A stretch of DNA of 63,265 nucleotides, the filler included, from Octopus bimaculoides (taxonomy: Eukaryota), in the NCBI RefSeq assembly GCF_001194135.2. It is 5 parts of 4 records of this genome, joined end to end, with 100 filler letters (N's around TTAATTAATTAA, not from the genome) between each part and the next. Parts side by side here need not be neighbours in the genome. Positions count along the whole stretch, not along the records: positions 33,786 to 41,637 come from NC_068984.1; positions 41,738 to 61,955 come from NC_068990.1; 3 more parts are not named here. One strand, given 5' to 3'. This document shows, in pieces, positions 38,890-52,939 of this stretch. Position numbers and translations under genes: made by a program. The notes beneath the pieces are model-generated. The model did not search any database and was not told the origin of the DNA. It worked only from the letters and a program-made list of their open reading frames with translations. The first letter of the stretch is position 1, and every line of letters begins with the position of its first letter.

Positions 38890-40870
38890 GCCCTCGCTTA
38901 AATTTATAAGTTGTGTTCTCACCAGTGTTCCACAACTGGATCGACCCCACTTTTTAACTGTTAGTATTGAGTCTGTAGTTGGTAATTTAGCATTGGTAAG
39001 TAGTTATGTTAGGATGTTTGGTTGTTATTTGCATTTGATTATTTCATATGATTCAAGTGTTTCTTTTCATTCGCGAATCTTGGCTCAATATGGCTTATTC
39101 TAATCGATAAGGATGAGTGTCTCTATGTTTCTTGAGTTGGGTGATGTAATTAACGATAGATATTTTGGTGTACCTGAACTGTTTTTGGCTTTTATATTTC
39201 TTTAATGTCTATTGGCGCGTTATATTCCATTCTCTATTGTGGTACGTGGGTAATTTCTTCGAAGTAGTGCCTGTTTTAATTCAAGGAGTCTTGAATAAGA
39301 TTGGAGACAATTGCTTAAATTCTGTTTACTAGGTTAAATGGAGTATTAGATTTGGCCTGTTTTGGGTGGTGTGAGGAAACAGTAAGTACTGTTTAGAGAC
39401 CGTTCGTTGATAGTAGATATCGATTTCTATGCTCCTGTCATTCTGAATCAAATTATCTAAGAGTGATAGATGGTTATGGCTAAATTCCACAGTGAACTGT
39501 TTACTGATGGCTTGTAGAAGAGTTAATGCGGCATTTTTGTATTGTTCTATATTCATAACTGCAACACATCCCTTATAAACTTCATGCTATTGTTTTTTAG
39601 GTCATATATAGCTTTCCATGATATCTGACTAGTTAGGGACGTCTGTTTAGAAAGTGGAAGTTCATTGTAAAGGAAGATGACTATAAGCTCACAAAATTCG
39701 CCTAGTGTTTTCTTTCTCTATTTTGTGGGTTGTAATTGGCTTTGCTTTGCTCAATGAATTGATCAGTGTATATTTTTTTTTATCGTAACGTATTGCTACT
39801 CTTCATTTTTCAAACAAATTTCTGATGTTATCTCGCACATCACTTAGCTTAAGAAACTGTGATGACGAGGTTAATTTTAAACTATTTGAAGGGATTTAGA
39901 TTTGTATTTTTGAGAGTTTTAAGTTGGAAAGATTTATTGTTTTAGGTTTCCTACCTGTATCTTGTACCAGCGGGTGCCTTGAAATCTTCCTTCCGTGGTT
40001 TAAAAATGTTTTGTGGCATTTGGCTTTTTGTTTGTGTTCCTAAATCTGTGATCATATAATCCGTTGCCTTCCAGCTTTCTGAAATAAATGTTAACCATTG
40101 TATATCCGGATAAAGCCTGTTCATGTCCAGGATAGTTTTTCCTGCCATAATGACTGTTTCTTTGAATATATTGGAATATCCGGTTTTGAAACGTGTTCAG
40201 CCTTGGTGAGAATGGGTTTGGGAATTTTTCAGTGGGTTTATTTTCTCAGCTGGAGAACCTGGAATTGGTGTTGTTTCTTGCAAATCTTTAGCGAATTAAA
40301 TTTTTAAACTTCGATGTTTGTTTGGTCGTTTGTAAATAAAAGTGGCATACTTTCATTTTCTTTAGATATGGATTAGCATTATTTTCTAATTGAAACCAGA
40401 CAGCGTTCCTTTCCCACTGCCGAATCGATGCCAGTTCTTCATTTAAACATTGTCCTCTGAAGAGTTTAACTTTGTTCTGAAACAGAACACTTTCGGTCAT
40501 TTTGCAAAATTTCACTTTCTCTATGCTTGTCGACAAATTTGATTGTTTCTTTATTTGCGTTGAATCTAAGACGCAAAAGCTGAATTTCCATTTTCAATTT
40601 TTCTATAGTAATTCTTTCTATTAATTTTCTTTGTTCTTCCGATTTATTCTTAATTGCTTATATTTGAATTTTTCTGCCAAAAATTATTGAGGTTGTATTC
40701 AACAAATATTCATAAATATTTGCTTTGAAATTGTCCTTCAATCAATCCTAAAATGCAAAATTTCCAGGTTATGAGGTTTTCATTCCAGACATGATTTAAA
40801 CTGTGTTTGATCGAGTATGTTTGTCGACAGAGATCGGTATTGTTGGTTTCTTGATTTCTGCCTTCTGTAG
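38890..40870 (-). mobile_element. Degenerate Penelope-like element with the RT core deleted
   Basis: The minus strand gives TINLSNLKLS, then KGCVAVMNIEQYKNAALTLL (ADKG-like motif), joined directly to FTVEFSHNHLSLLDNLI...IEIDIYYQRTVSKQYLLF...SNTPFNLVNRI (PLE RT C-terminus). There are many stops and frameshifts, and the boundaries are approximate. Confidence 0.75.
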
Positions 40871-42524
40871 TGTTGCCGTCTTTATTATTTTACAAATTTG
40901 GTTTAACATCTGGACAATCTCAGTTTGCTGAGTATTACATGTATATTTATAATATAGGGGGAGAGAAGGAGAGTGGAAGAGAGCAGGAGGAGAGAGAAAG
41001 AAACGCAGAGACAGAGACAGAGAGGGAGAGAGACAGAGACACATCGTCTACTTCAGTTGAGAAGTTACGTGTGCGAAGGCTTGCAACTGATTCTACTAAA
41101 AAGTAATGTACAAATATGATACAGAACGTTCACATTTTTTTGTTTGTTTACTTTTGTGTATCTGAATTACGTACGGACAAATTATACATTTCCTTGAATA
41201 TTTTTCTCATTCAAGGCAAAAGCGAAATTATTAAGTCCTATGAAAATGGGATTTACATAATATAGGACGTAATCGAAAATTCTGGATTAGGCTTAGATGA
41301 AATGTCCTCAGCGAAGCAATTGTCGCAAAATTTAAACCCATTTGTTTCGTTCTTCTTAATTTAACTTCATGCCACACAAAACATTCTACTAATCGTTGAA
41401 TTACTGGTAAGCAATAGCAATTTCGATTTATAAACAAGAGCGACCGATTAGCATCATTGCTTCAAAACTAATAGTAGATTACTTCACAGTCTGCCCATCA
41501 TTATATTGTCTATCCAGTCTCTGACTTAATTCTTTATGAATGCTACATATAGGTGTGTGTCTGTGCTGTGTGTGTTTGAGTGTGTGTATTATGTGTGTAT
41601 ATAAATGTATGTATATATATATATATATATATATATANNNNNNNNNNNNNNNNNNNNNNNNNNNNNNNNNNNNNNNNNNNNTTAATTAATTAANNNNNNN
41701 NNNNNNNNNNNNNNNNNNNNNNNNNNNNNNNNNNNNNGGAGGAGGTGCAGGAGGAGGAGGAGAAGGAGGGGAGGAGGAGAGGAAGAAGAAGAACAACAAC
41801 AAGAAGTTAATAATGAGGATGTGGAGTTGGTTGGAGAAGGACATTTACATTTTCTCAACTAAAATGATATAATTTTTTTAAATGAATGATTAGAACATTA
41901 TTGATTTCTAACTTAGAAAGTTACACGGTTATGGAAATCGCACTTATGTTATCGACATCTGACCATCGAAATATCAATTCGACACCAGCAGGATGTAGCT
42001 AAATGAGAGATGATACGTTATAAAGAAATGCTGTGTATAATCCTGAAATTAAGTGCATTAATAACAATTTTAGCAACGACAAAACTGAGAGAAAAAATAG
42101 TGTTTCGACTCAATTTGAATCCAATAAGGTAACATACATTACATTAGCAATGGTTTTCCTCTAAAGAGCTGAAGTTAGTGAGAAAAATTGAAATTGTGTT
42201 GCTTGCATATTTCACGTGGTTAAAAGATATTCGAAAAGAGTTAAAATGTTACTTCTGGCTTGATAAATAGAGTTGGCACTTTTGAGGAACAAAAGGAAAA
42301 CTACATGAAATTTGTCCGACGCTCTAATGACACTCATATCACTGCATTTATCTAACATTTTAGAAGACTGTATCTCTATTGTCGATCTTAACAACGGCAC
42401 CTGGTTCTTGGGCGACCTTAGAGGAGTCGTTGTAAATATATGATAAAAAAAATAAGCGAATTTGTCCAAAAAGCACAAGATAATTTCTTTTCATTTTCGT
42501 TACTTTATGAATTTTGGTTTTTTG

Positions 42525-42562
<38 letters not shown>

Positions 42563-42564
<2 letters not shown>

Positions 42565-44064
42565 TATGTACCAGCGAAATTGTCACGCTCACAAAATCTT
42601 AAAAGTTCTTAAAATCAATTAACTAATCGATGTTCGATTTTCCATGTTTTCCAGATAAGACGTCTGGGCATACTGACACCAATTTTTGTAGGAACCAGTG
42701 AAAGACCCATTGAGATATTTAACTAGAAATAGATCAGGCTGAAATCATTTTGTGCCAGCCTCACTATATCTTCTCAGCTCAGGGCTAAGATCAGCCAGGT
42801 TTCTAGTAATGGTGATAGCATTCATCTTCTGGCTTCCGTTTTCAAGGTCCATTCAAGAACCATCAAGAGAATTGTGAATAAGTTTGAGAATGATGAAGTA
42901 GTAAGGAGGAAACTTGGATCAGGTGATCTTACCTGCAAGAGAAGTCATCATTTCAATCCGGAGATAAAGAGATCAATCAGAAGAGATCCAATTCAATCCA
43001 TAAGACACTTGGCACATAAGAGAGGAGTTTCAGCAGTAACAGTTTAAAGAACGGTGACCGAAGATTTGAAAATGAAATCAGACGTTACATCTATGAGGTA
43101 CGTTGTTACTTCAGGACAAAAAGTGAACCATAATCCTGGAGTAATCTTTTACACAGATGAGAAGAATTTCAAAATGACGTAACAGCAGCGTTTTGGCTTC
43201 AGATTCTCACGAGAGATCCAAAAATGTCATTACCTGATGCAAAATCCCTGCTAAGGTGATGAATTTTCGCCGGCGTGGCCGCTGATGACAAGAAGATGTC
43301 ATTTGATAATGTTTGAGAAGGCTGGGAAACTTACAAGGATTTACTATGTTCAGATTCTGGAAGACGTAAAGACCTGGATTCTTTCAGGGGCAAGAGATGA
43401 GGGAAGCCCTAACAAGATCTCTAAGGACTTCAACTTTACATTCCAGCAAGACGGAGCTCCTTGCCACACATGTTCAGTAGCTCAAACATTTCTCAGTGAA
43501 GAGTTTGGGAAAAGGTTTGGGGATAAGGACACTTGATTCCCTTCGTCACGTGATTTGAACCCTTTACACTTCAGCATCTGGAATGAACTAGTCAGAAAAG
43601 CTTGTGAGAAGCCCCACAGTAACCGGCAAGCCCTCAAAAGCTCCATATTTAGTACGTGGAAGGAGGATATTATGAGGAATTCGTTAAGAAAACTTGTGGT
43701 GCATTTAGAAAGAGGGTTGAGGAAGACATTGCCAAAAGAGGAGCAACTCTTGGCGCCAGGAAGGATTTCGGCCAGGGTTTTCTCTGAAACTTTGAAATAA
43801 ATCTTTAAGCTCCTATTCGAACTTTATTCCAATATTTTATGGATCCCTAATCCTGAGCTACGGTTAATTATTTACGAAAACGTCATTTTCGTCCAAGATC
43901 AACTTCATCACGACTCTTCTGATGAGCTTGGAGAATAATCGACATTCTTCTTGCTCAAAGAAGGGTGCAATAGATTTAGAAGCATCTCTGAAGATTCCAT
44001 TAAATTACCTTTAAGCATTCCTGAGACACAAAAGTTCGAAGTTGAATCTAGCTGGTACACTCGG
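42563..44064 (+). mobile_element. IS630-Tc1-mariner element of the maT (DD37D-like) type, degenerate, inserted in (TA)n
   Basis: TIR cores GT(A/G)TGTACCAGC occur at both ends. Translations include FYTDEKNF, FQQDGAPCHT and SSRDLNPLHFSIW, with stops and frameshifts. Confidence 0.85.
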
Positions 44065-46708
44065 TATATGTATGTATGCATGTATGTATGTATGTATGTA
44101 TGTATGGATGGATGGATGGATCGATCGATGGATGGATGGATGGATATATGCATGCTTGTATTTATGTATATATGTATTCATAGTAGTTTTCGCATAGTCT
44201 CCAACAGCTAGATTCCACGTTGGTGTAATCGAGGTTATTGTAGAAGACATTTGCTCGAGTAGCCATGCAATAGGGTGGAACCAAAAGTCACGAGGTAGAG
44301 AAATGAGCGTTTTAACCACAATAACTTACCGATTTCCTGACGAATAAAAATCAAGTTAAGTGTAAATGTACGTTACATGTACGTAAGGAATATATCACAC
44401 AGCATATTCATTGCGACACCTCGATACCTATAAACGTTCGACAATACGCAAATACATACTAAACAACGCACCACACACACCCACGCACCACACACACACT
44501 CATGATGAGCTTAAAATCTCATTTTTATTTTTATTTCATTTAACATCCTATTGATAGCCTTTAGAATGTGGAAGTAAGCCCTTTCCTAAGTGAGTTACAT
44601 CGCAGGGAGATTTTAATCTAGAACCACTTGTTTACGAAGCGAACTTCTAAACAACAAAGTTTTGTCCGGGCTTATGAAACAGAAAATAATCTTGCACTCT
44701 GGTCATGCGTTGAACTTTGAATTTTTATGTATCGTGCCTACGAAATTAGTATCTTGTTTCTGAGATGCGCATTTGGAATATTATAATAATCCTAATCACT
44801 ATATTTTCTACGTATTCTATGCAAAAAGAGAAAACGCATCTCTCAATTTGCTGCTTTTTATTTAATTGAGTGCAAAGTTCATGGACACCAGAAAGATGTC
44901 TAGCTTTCATTTTGTGTCGCAAGAATATTTTACAATGTTTGACAAGCTTCCAAACCTTTTATCGTATAAATTATAGCTGAGGTGGGATGTTTCTCATGGA
45001 TTTTTGTGAAATCCTATGTTAATTATTTAACATATTTAACGCAGCTGACAAGACCTGCTAGAGCTAATTCATGCATGATGAGTTGCTTGAAGATTTATGA
45101 CAAATGATTTGACGTTTATATCCCAAAGTGACCTCAGAAGAATTTTTGAAGAGCTTTCCTCAATGATTTGTCTAAGTTGTCAATAGAAAGTAACTGAGTT
45201 ATCTCCCATTTTAACTGCCGCCATCAGCATACCATATGAGGATAAAAACAGACATAACCGACCATAGAATTGTACATAGTAATTCAATTGAGCTTTCTTG
45301 TTGGTTTGAAGTTATTTTACCATTTTTCTCTTCCTCCAATGTGAACTAGATGCTTTGCTTATTTGGTGTCTTGTTAAGCTATTATTTGCAAAGTGTTTGC
45401 TATTTTTACATAACACTGATGCAACCATTTTATAAGAGATATATCGGGAAATTTCCTTTAAACAACTTTCATTGTACGATGCCATTGCCTTTGAAAGATT
45501 TCTTTTGCAATTAACAAGCTACGTTTATGTTTTGAAATGTTTTGTTTTTTTCCTTTTCTCAGCCAACGTAGATTTTTAACTCTGAAAACAAAATGAGCGC
45601 AAAATTCGTGATACGAATGATTCTAAGACATATTTCATAAATAATAGTTACAATATATAACACCACTCATTTCGTCTGCATTACAGACATTATGGACATT
45701 AATATCTCTGTTAGAAAATATATAAAATATCCTGATTTCACCCTCAATGTGCATCAGTTTGTTCCGTGTCCGTCAGCCTGAAAAAAATATATTATTTAAA
45801 ACGTGTCTTATATAGAGGCCATGTACTAAGAAGTGACTGACCATTAATGTTTTAATGAACGAACGCCGTGGGCATCAGCCATGCCATTCCAAGCATCATT
45901 ACATTTTCCCACTTGGCCAACAAGTCTCTCAGAATTAGCAGTTTGTTGTTTAACTGGCATTTTGCCTAGTCAAAACTAATCATTATCATAATTTTATTTT
46001 ATTGGTTTATGTTTCAAGAAGTAAGTTATGATCTCATAAATTTTCTGAATTATATATAAATGGTCTCATAAACTTGGCTGATATTAATCATAATTAAAAT
46101 TAATCACAACATATGTAAACATATTTAAATTATAACATTAAAGGAAATGCTCTTGGTGTGTTTAATAAACGCCGCGAGACAATATGTTAATCTTCTTTCA
46201 CTGCCGTATGCGAGTAGATGAAATATAATTTAATATTTTCAAAATGTAAATACTCGAAATAGCTGAATGAATGAATAGATAAGATATTCTACAACTCGTT
46301 CTTTGAGGATGAGAGATCAAATCCACAGTAGCCGATCATGTGTGTTATGTCTAGATAATTTATCTATTTAATTCCGTGTCCTTTAAAAACGAAAAATAGT
46401 TTTCGAATGGAATAGATATTGATTTTTTTTTTTAATAATTGATAAGCAAAAATGATTTCCGTATTAATGCGTAAGTACTGGCTCTTGGTACCCAGCTGAA
46501 ATTAAATTGGTTTTTCAGGTTCAAATTCAATTTGCTCAAATAACAGTCTCTTAACATAATCCCTGGGATATACGAAAAATATATATATTGAGATTATTCA
46601 ATATACCCGTAGCTGCATTTCTTACGTTTGATTTGCTCTAGCTTAGTTCATATCCAGAAGGTATCAGATCAATCGCATTCTAAATGTGATTAAGCCGGCT
46701 TGATTTCT

Positions 46709-46936
46709 TATTTCTTTGTTGCCCACAAGGGGCTAAACATAGAGGGGTCAGACAGAGGGATTAAGTCGATTACATCGACCTCAGTGCGTAACTGGTACTT
46801 AATTTATCGACACCGAAAGGATGAAAGGCAAAGTCGACCACGGCGGAATTTGAACTCAGAACGTAACGGTAAACGAAATATCGCTAAGCGTTTTGTCCGG
46901 CGTGCTAACGTTTCTGCCAGCTCGCCGCCAATCGGC
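46709..46936 (-). mobile_element. SINE family B copy with a 17-bp TSD
   Basis: It is the reverse complement of the 30086 copy. The TSD is AAGCCGGCTTGATTTCT (46692-46708) / AAGCTGGCTTCATTTCT (46937-46953). Confidence 0.85.
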
Positions 46937-47734
46937 AAGCTGGCTTCATTTCTGATCAGTGTTTCTTACACTCTCTTTTAATCGGTGGAGTGTGATGTTA
47001 CTACTATTTCGAGAAGATCAGGTAGCCATATTTATTTCTTGATGGAAATTTCAACATAAATACAAAGAAAGAGCTTCAACCAAAAATCAACTCGAGCTCC
47101 CGGATTCTTTTGCCTGTTTCATTAGAAACGAACTGTACTTAGGCCAATATATTTGTTTATATTTTAATAATGAACATTCTCCTCTTAATTTTGGCGTCTT
47201 AAGAAGGAGAGATTAGAAGCGTGTATGAATTGGTGAGTAACAATAAAACCAAGCTAGTGAAAGATCTTTCGCAAGGCCTAATTTGACATTCTGATTAAAT
47301 AAGTAATAACAAGTATATTCATTTATTCTGTTCATGACTAGCTTCCTTCTATTTGTTATATGATATATTCACAGCTTTACTGCGAGACTAACAAATTTAC
47401 TTTGCAATCATAAAACTGCCGGCATCATGGAGAATTGTCTTTATAATAACATCGGTTCAAACTATGCACTGTGTGTAGAATATAGCAGGCGAAAACTGCT
47501 CGGAAGCCCATTGTATGGATTATATGTGTAGTTCAATTCAAGCGCATTTGCGCATGCTCAGCAACGTAAACATTACTTTTAGGAAGTCGTATATTCAGCT
47601 GATTAAGAAACTGAATGATTATTGTCGAAAGAGCAGGGGGATCTGAAAATTACTTCGGTATAATAAACTCAATATAATTTTTGCGTCCCGAAACTAAAAC
47701 GAAATTGAGAGCTTAGCTTACCACTTGATGTATT

Positions 47735-48035
47735 TAACTTTTACTTGTTTCAGTCATTAGACTGTGGCCATGCTGGAGCACCGCCTTGAAGAAATTTTAG
47801 TCGAATGTATCGATCCAGTATTTATTATTAAATACCGATACTTATATTATTTTTTGCCGAACTGCTTGGTCAGAGGAACGTTCACACACCGGCACCGGTT
47901 GTCAACCAGTGATGAGCGACAAATACAGACACAATGACACATACGAAGGGTCTTCATTCAGTTTCCGTCTACCAAATCCACTCCTCACAAGTCTTTTGGT
48001 CAGCCCGAGGCTATAATAGAAGACACCTGCGCAAA
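47735..48035 (-). mobile_element. SINE family A copy lacking its head, adjacent to a family C head fragment (48060-48235)
   Basis: CTTTTACTTGTTTCAGTCATTAGACTGTGGCCATGCTGGAGCACCGCC and CAGTTTCCGTCTACCAAATCCACT. Confidence 0.8.
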
Positions 48036-49250
48036 TAGCCTGATTAAGCGTGATAGACTATTTGAACACTGCTTCCGTCAAATCGACATTACCTGTAAAA
48101 GTACACGGTGTGTCACGTGTATGATGTGGAAGCGATCACAGAGCAACGTGAATTGAATCGCGTTGCTCAGAAACACAATGCACCGCTGGGTCCTGTAATC
48201 GAAACCACAGTTGTGAGACAGTTATTTCGAATGCAGCACCCAGGTAAACACGGAAATTATCTGGCGCCAAGTAGCAACACTTATTGATAGTGTAAAATTC
48301 TTCAATAAGGAAACAACGCATCACCTAATGTAGACCTGAAAACGGTTAAAAAAAGATGGTCACGGTTGGAATATCATTTACCATTGTGGGTCTGAACGGT
48401 TAGTTTTGAACTGAGGCTAAATAACGACAACAACTGCAACTAATATTGGTGGTGTAATATTGTTGCGTGTTTCGCTTTTCGCCAAATTTGCGCTGAATTA
48501 CAGAGGAATGAAATCGAAACTATTGTATGCTTTTGGCGTAGTTTTGCTCTCTGTAACTCATATGCGTGATGTCCGTCAAACTGTAGAAGATAGGCTGGTG
48601 GGGCGCAATGCTAAAGTGATATTGTAATTTACATGATGCCAGACGTTTGGCCCTTAAATACTCATAAATATTTCCCTGCCCTGTGAATATTGTCAATCAC
48701 AGTTAGTTTGTTAACAATTCAAATCAGAAATTATCTCGTTTAGAATACAAAGCAACATTTCCTTCCTTCAATGAAGGTTAAAGGCGGTCTTTGTTGTAGT
48801 TGTTTAAATTCATCGTTTTCCCCCCTCATCGCATGGGATGNNNNNNNNNNNNNNNNNNNNNNNNNNNNNNNNNNNNNNNNNNNNNNNNNNNNNNNNNNNN
48901 NNNNNNNNNNNNNNNNNNNNNNNNNNNNNNNNNNNNNNNNNNNNNNNNNNNNNNNNNNNNNNNNNNNNNNNNNNNNNNNNNNNNNNNNNNNNNNNNNNNN
49001 NNNNNNNNNNNNNNNNNNNNNNNNNNNNNNNNNNNNNNNNNNNNNNGTTCATCGCAAGATGTTTATATTTCCTTATTATTCATAGAATTTGCAATTAAAT
49101 TGGCTATTCACGACTTACTTATATTTCTTCAATTCTGCCCGGTAACACAATTGTTTTACAATAACATAATTGTGCAGTTCCTTTTGTTGTCACCGCCCAC
49201 ATCGTCACCTTCGTCGTTGATTTTCTTCACAGTGAAGGCGGTATTTATAG

Positions 49251-49285
<35 letters not shown>

Positions 49286-49798
49286 CTGGTGGTGGCGGTG
49301 GTTTAGGTAGTGATAATGGTGATGATGAATGCGAATGTCGCAGTAATAGTACTTTAGTTCTTTGTTCTTGCTGTTGTTGTTGTTTTGGTTATGTCTTGTC
49401 TTCGCCTCAAACCATATTGTTCCTGGCTGAATTTCACGTGATGAATTAACTTCTAGCTTTTGAATAAAGTTAACGATCTCAACAAAAAATTTTCGCTAGT
49501 TAAGACAAATCTAAGAAACAATAGCTGCCAGAGTACAATTTTGGTCAAATGGCCAAAATATGAGAATTCTCTCATTCAGCAAACCGATTTCTAATGATTT
49601 CGCTATAGAAAGACCATATGAAGTACTACGATATCAATAACAAATTTATAATCATAAACAATATCGCACATAATACATACGAGTATATGTGTCTAAACAC
49701 GTTTACGTATAAGCATGTGTGCATAAGAGAATATTCATATTTAATATATATGTATAGCGTATATACACTTTATAAGCATGTGTGTGTATACATTTAGA

Positions 49799-50204
49799 CT
49801 TTTACTCTTTTACTTGTTTCAGTCACTTGACTGCGGCCATGTTGAAGCACCGCCTTTAGTCGAGCAATTCGACCCCAGGAATTATTCTTTGTAAGCCTAG
49901 TACTTATTCTATCGGTCTCTTTTGCCGAACCGCTAAGTTACAGGGACCTAAACACTCCAGCATCGGTTGTCAAGCGATGTTGGGGGGACAAACACAGACA
50001 CACAAATACACACACATATATATATACATATACATATATACGACGGTCTTCTTTCAGTTTCCGTCTACCAAATCCACTCACAAGGATTTGGTCGGCCCTG
50101 GGCTATAGTAGAAGACACTTGCCCAAAGTGCCACGCAGCGGGACTGAACCCGGACCCATGTGGTTGGTAAGCAAGCTACTTACCACACATCCACTCCTGC
50201 GCCT
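49799..50204 (-). mobile_element. tRNA-derived SINE family A, full-length copy
   Basis: The minus strand has a Pol III head (GTGTGGTAAG...GGTTCAGTCC), an internal CA/TA tract and a GTAAAAGAGTAAAAG tail. Many copies occur in the window. Confidence 0.85.
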
Positions 50205-50500
50205 ATACACTTGCATAGATTTATATACTATATGCTAATATGTATGTGTTTGTGCGTGCATGTGTATGAATGTGTGTGTTGTGTGAATGCGTGTATGTAT
50301 GCATGAGGGTGTGTGTGTGTGTGCGTGCATGCGTGTGTTAGGCTTTTTTCGCTGCTTTCAACTTTTAAGGAATTCAATAATTCAGTCCTACTGTGTTGCA
50401 TCTCGGGCAAGTGTCCTTTAATATCGACACGGGGTGACCCAAGAAATGTGGAGGAATTTCTTTGACAGAAAGTGAAAGAAGCCCATCGTTTACTTAAATA

Positions 50501-52645
50501 CTGTAGAACCTCGCAGTAGGAATGCAGCAATGCACAAGCAATTTGCTGTACGAGCGGAGGCTCGTGCGAATTTTTGTCTTGACTTAGGAGCAGAAATCCG
50601 CAGTACGAGCGAATTTCATACAAGCGACCGCTACTCGGCGCTGAGCTCGCACACGCTCTCCTGTCAAACCCAGTCTCCGGTCGCTCAGTTCACGTGTTTA
50701 TCTCGTTGTGGCAGCATCCGTCGTGTTTTTCCCAGTTTTTTTGTTTAGTTTTGTGCATATTTTGCTAATATCTTATAATAATTAGTTGTGTTAGTTATGG
50801 GTCCTAAGAAGGTTAGTGTAAAGGACAACGTTGTAAAGAAGAAAAAGTTGATTACGATAGAAATGAAGGAGGAAATAATTGATAAACGTGAAAGAGGAGT
50901 GCGTGTAGTGAACATAGCACGTCAATACGACCGAAACACGTCAACGATCTGCACCATCCTGTAGAAAAAAGGACGACATCAAGGCCGTTAAATCAGCAAA
51001 GGGAGTCTACAGGCTATCCAAGCAACGCATTTCTGTCCACGAAAGGACGGGAAAATTGCTTCTACTGTGGATCAACGAGAAATAACTAGCAGGGGATACG
51101 ATTACGGAGACCATCATCTGTGAGAGACCAGGTATCTCGTGAAGCAGATCTCTGGAACATCCACGTAGGAGACATCAGCAGACGTATTGTAGGTCAGTCG
51201 CGGCTGGTTTGATAATTTCAAGATGATGACTGGTGAGGAGTCAGGTATGGAGAAGCAGCGAGCTGTTACACGTGCGTGAATACCGGAATACCGACAGCTC
51301 ATCTCAGCCGAGAAGTACATCGCACAACAAGCATTCAACTATAATGAAACGGACCATTTTTATGAAGAAAAAAAATGCCCAGAAGAACCGACATAATTGC
51401 AGAGGAGAAGAAAATGCCAGGACACAACCCTATGAAAGATAGGCTAACTCTTGCACTTTGTGTCAATGCGAGTGGAGACTTGAAGATTTAGCCGCTTTTT
51501 GTCTTCCAGTCCGAAAATCCACGAGCGTTCAAGTCGCACAAAATCCTGATGGAGAAGCTGCAGGTCATGTGGAGGGCAAACGTTAAAGCCTGGGTCACCA
51601 GGCACTTATTCTCCCTGTGAGTCAAACTTGTTTTCGCACCAGCAGTGAAAAAGTATCATCTGGAAAACAATCTTCCTCGCAAGGTTCTTTTCATCCGCCA
51701 CTATGCTCCTGCACATCGTCTTAATCTCGAAGATGATATCCTGGACGAATCTAAATTTATAAAAGTTATGTACCTTTCATGCGACACCGCCCCTATCTTG
51801 CAGCCCATAGACCAACAGGTGATTTCTAATTTTAAGAAATTGTACATCAAAACCGTTTTGTCGGTGCTTTGAAGTTACGGAAAATACAATCTAACTATTC
51901 ATGAGTTTTGAACGGAGTACTACAGCATTGTAAACTGCCTGACAATCATCGATATGGCCTGACTGTGAAGCGGAGGACAGTTAACGGAGAATGCTATCTC
52001 TTCGAGTGACATAAAGGTAGTGTCAGCAAAGTGGCAGTATGCTTCTTAATTTGTAGAAAAACATCATCCTGAGAAAGTATCTACAGGTCGTGCAGCTGCT
52101 TTATTTAATGACACTTCTCTGGCGCATTTTCGTAACATTTTGAAACGTAGGAAGAAGCAGGCTTCTCTTGATATGTACCTAATGAAACAACCTGCAAGTG
52201 TAATAAGTGACGAAAGTGTGTCTAAAAAGCCTAAATTAAGAGAATTGAGAGAGAAAAGGCCAGAAATTGTTCTTCATGAAGTCTTAATAGCAGGAGATTC
52301 TCTTTCCAAGTAATATTCCTACTCCTCCTACTCCTCCCCGCTATATCGTCTTCCTCGCGCACAAATCGTCCTATCTTTAAGGTAATTCATTTAATAAAAC
52401 CAGTTTACATATTTCTTACGTATTCTCTTTTTTAGAATCGTCATTTTATTTGTAGCTACACTTTTTTTGTTTCAAAACCCATGAAAAAATAGTTTGGGGT
52501 GGACTTTGGTGGCTGGATCGGATTAACTATATTTTAGTTAATTTCAAATGGGGGTAAAATTGATTTGTAAAACGAGTAACTCGAGTAATTCGTAAAACGA
52601 GCTCGGTCATGGAACAAATTAAACTCGTACTGCGAGGTATCACTG
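50501..52645 (+). mobile_element. Tigger/pogo DNA transposon, near full length, degenerate
   Basis: TIRs CTGTAGAACCTCGCAGTA and rc CAGTGATACCTCGCAGTA with TA flanks. A CENP-B-type HTH (MGPKKVS..ITIEMKEEII..ERGVRV..IARQY) precedes the DDE_1 motifs AFNYNET, KDRLTLALCVNASGD and LQPIDQQVISNFKKLY. Confidence 0.9.
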
Positions 52646-52939
52646 TATATNNNNNNNNNNNNNNNNNNNNNNNNNNNNNNNNNNNNNNNNNNNNNNNNNN
52701 NNNNNNNNNNNNNNNNNNNNNNNNNNNNNNNNNNNNNNNNNNNNNNNNNNNNNNNNNNNNNNNNNNNNNNNNNNNNNNNNNNNNNNNNNNNNNNNNNNNN
52801 NNNNNNNNNNNNNNNNNNNNNNNNNNNNNNNNNNNNNNNNNNNNNNNNNNNNNNNNNNNNNNNNNNNNNNNNNNNNNNNNNNNNNNNNNNNNNNNNNNNA
52901 GAGAGAGAGAGAGAGAAAAAGAGAGAGATTTAGTGAGAA

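Noticed and set aside
41231-42478. Several minus-strand acceptor/open-frame candidates (41.2-41.4, 41.9-42.0 and 42.2-42.4 kb)
   Set aside because: Each lacks a good donor or has an in-frame stop. They would need RNA evidence.
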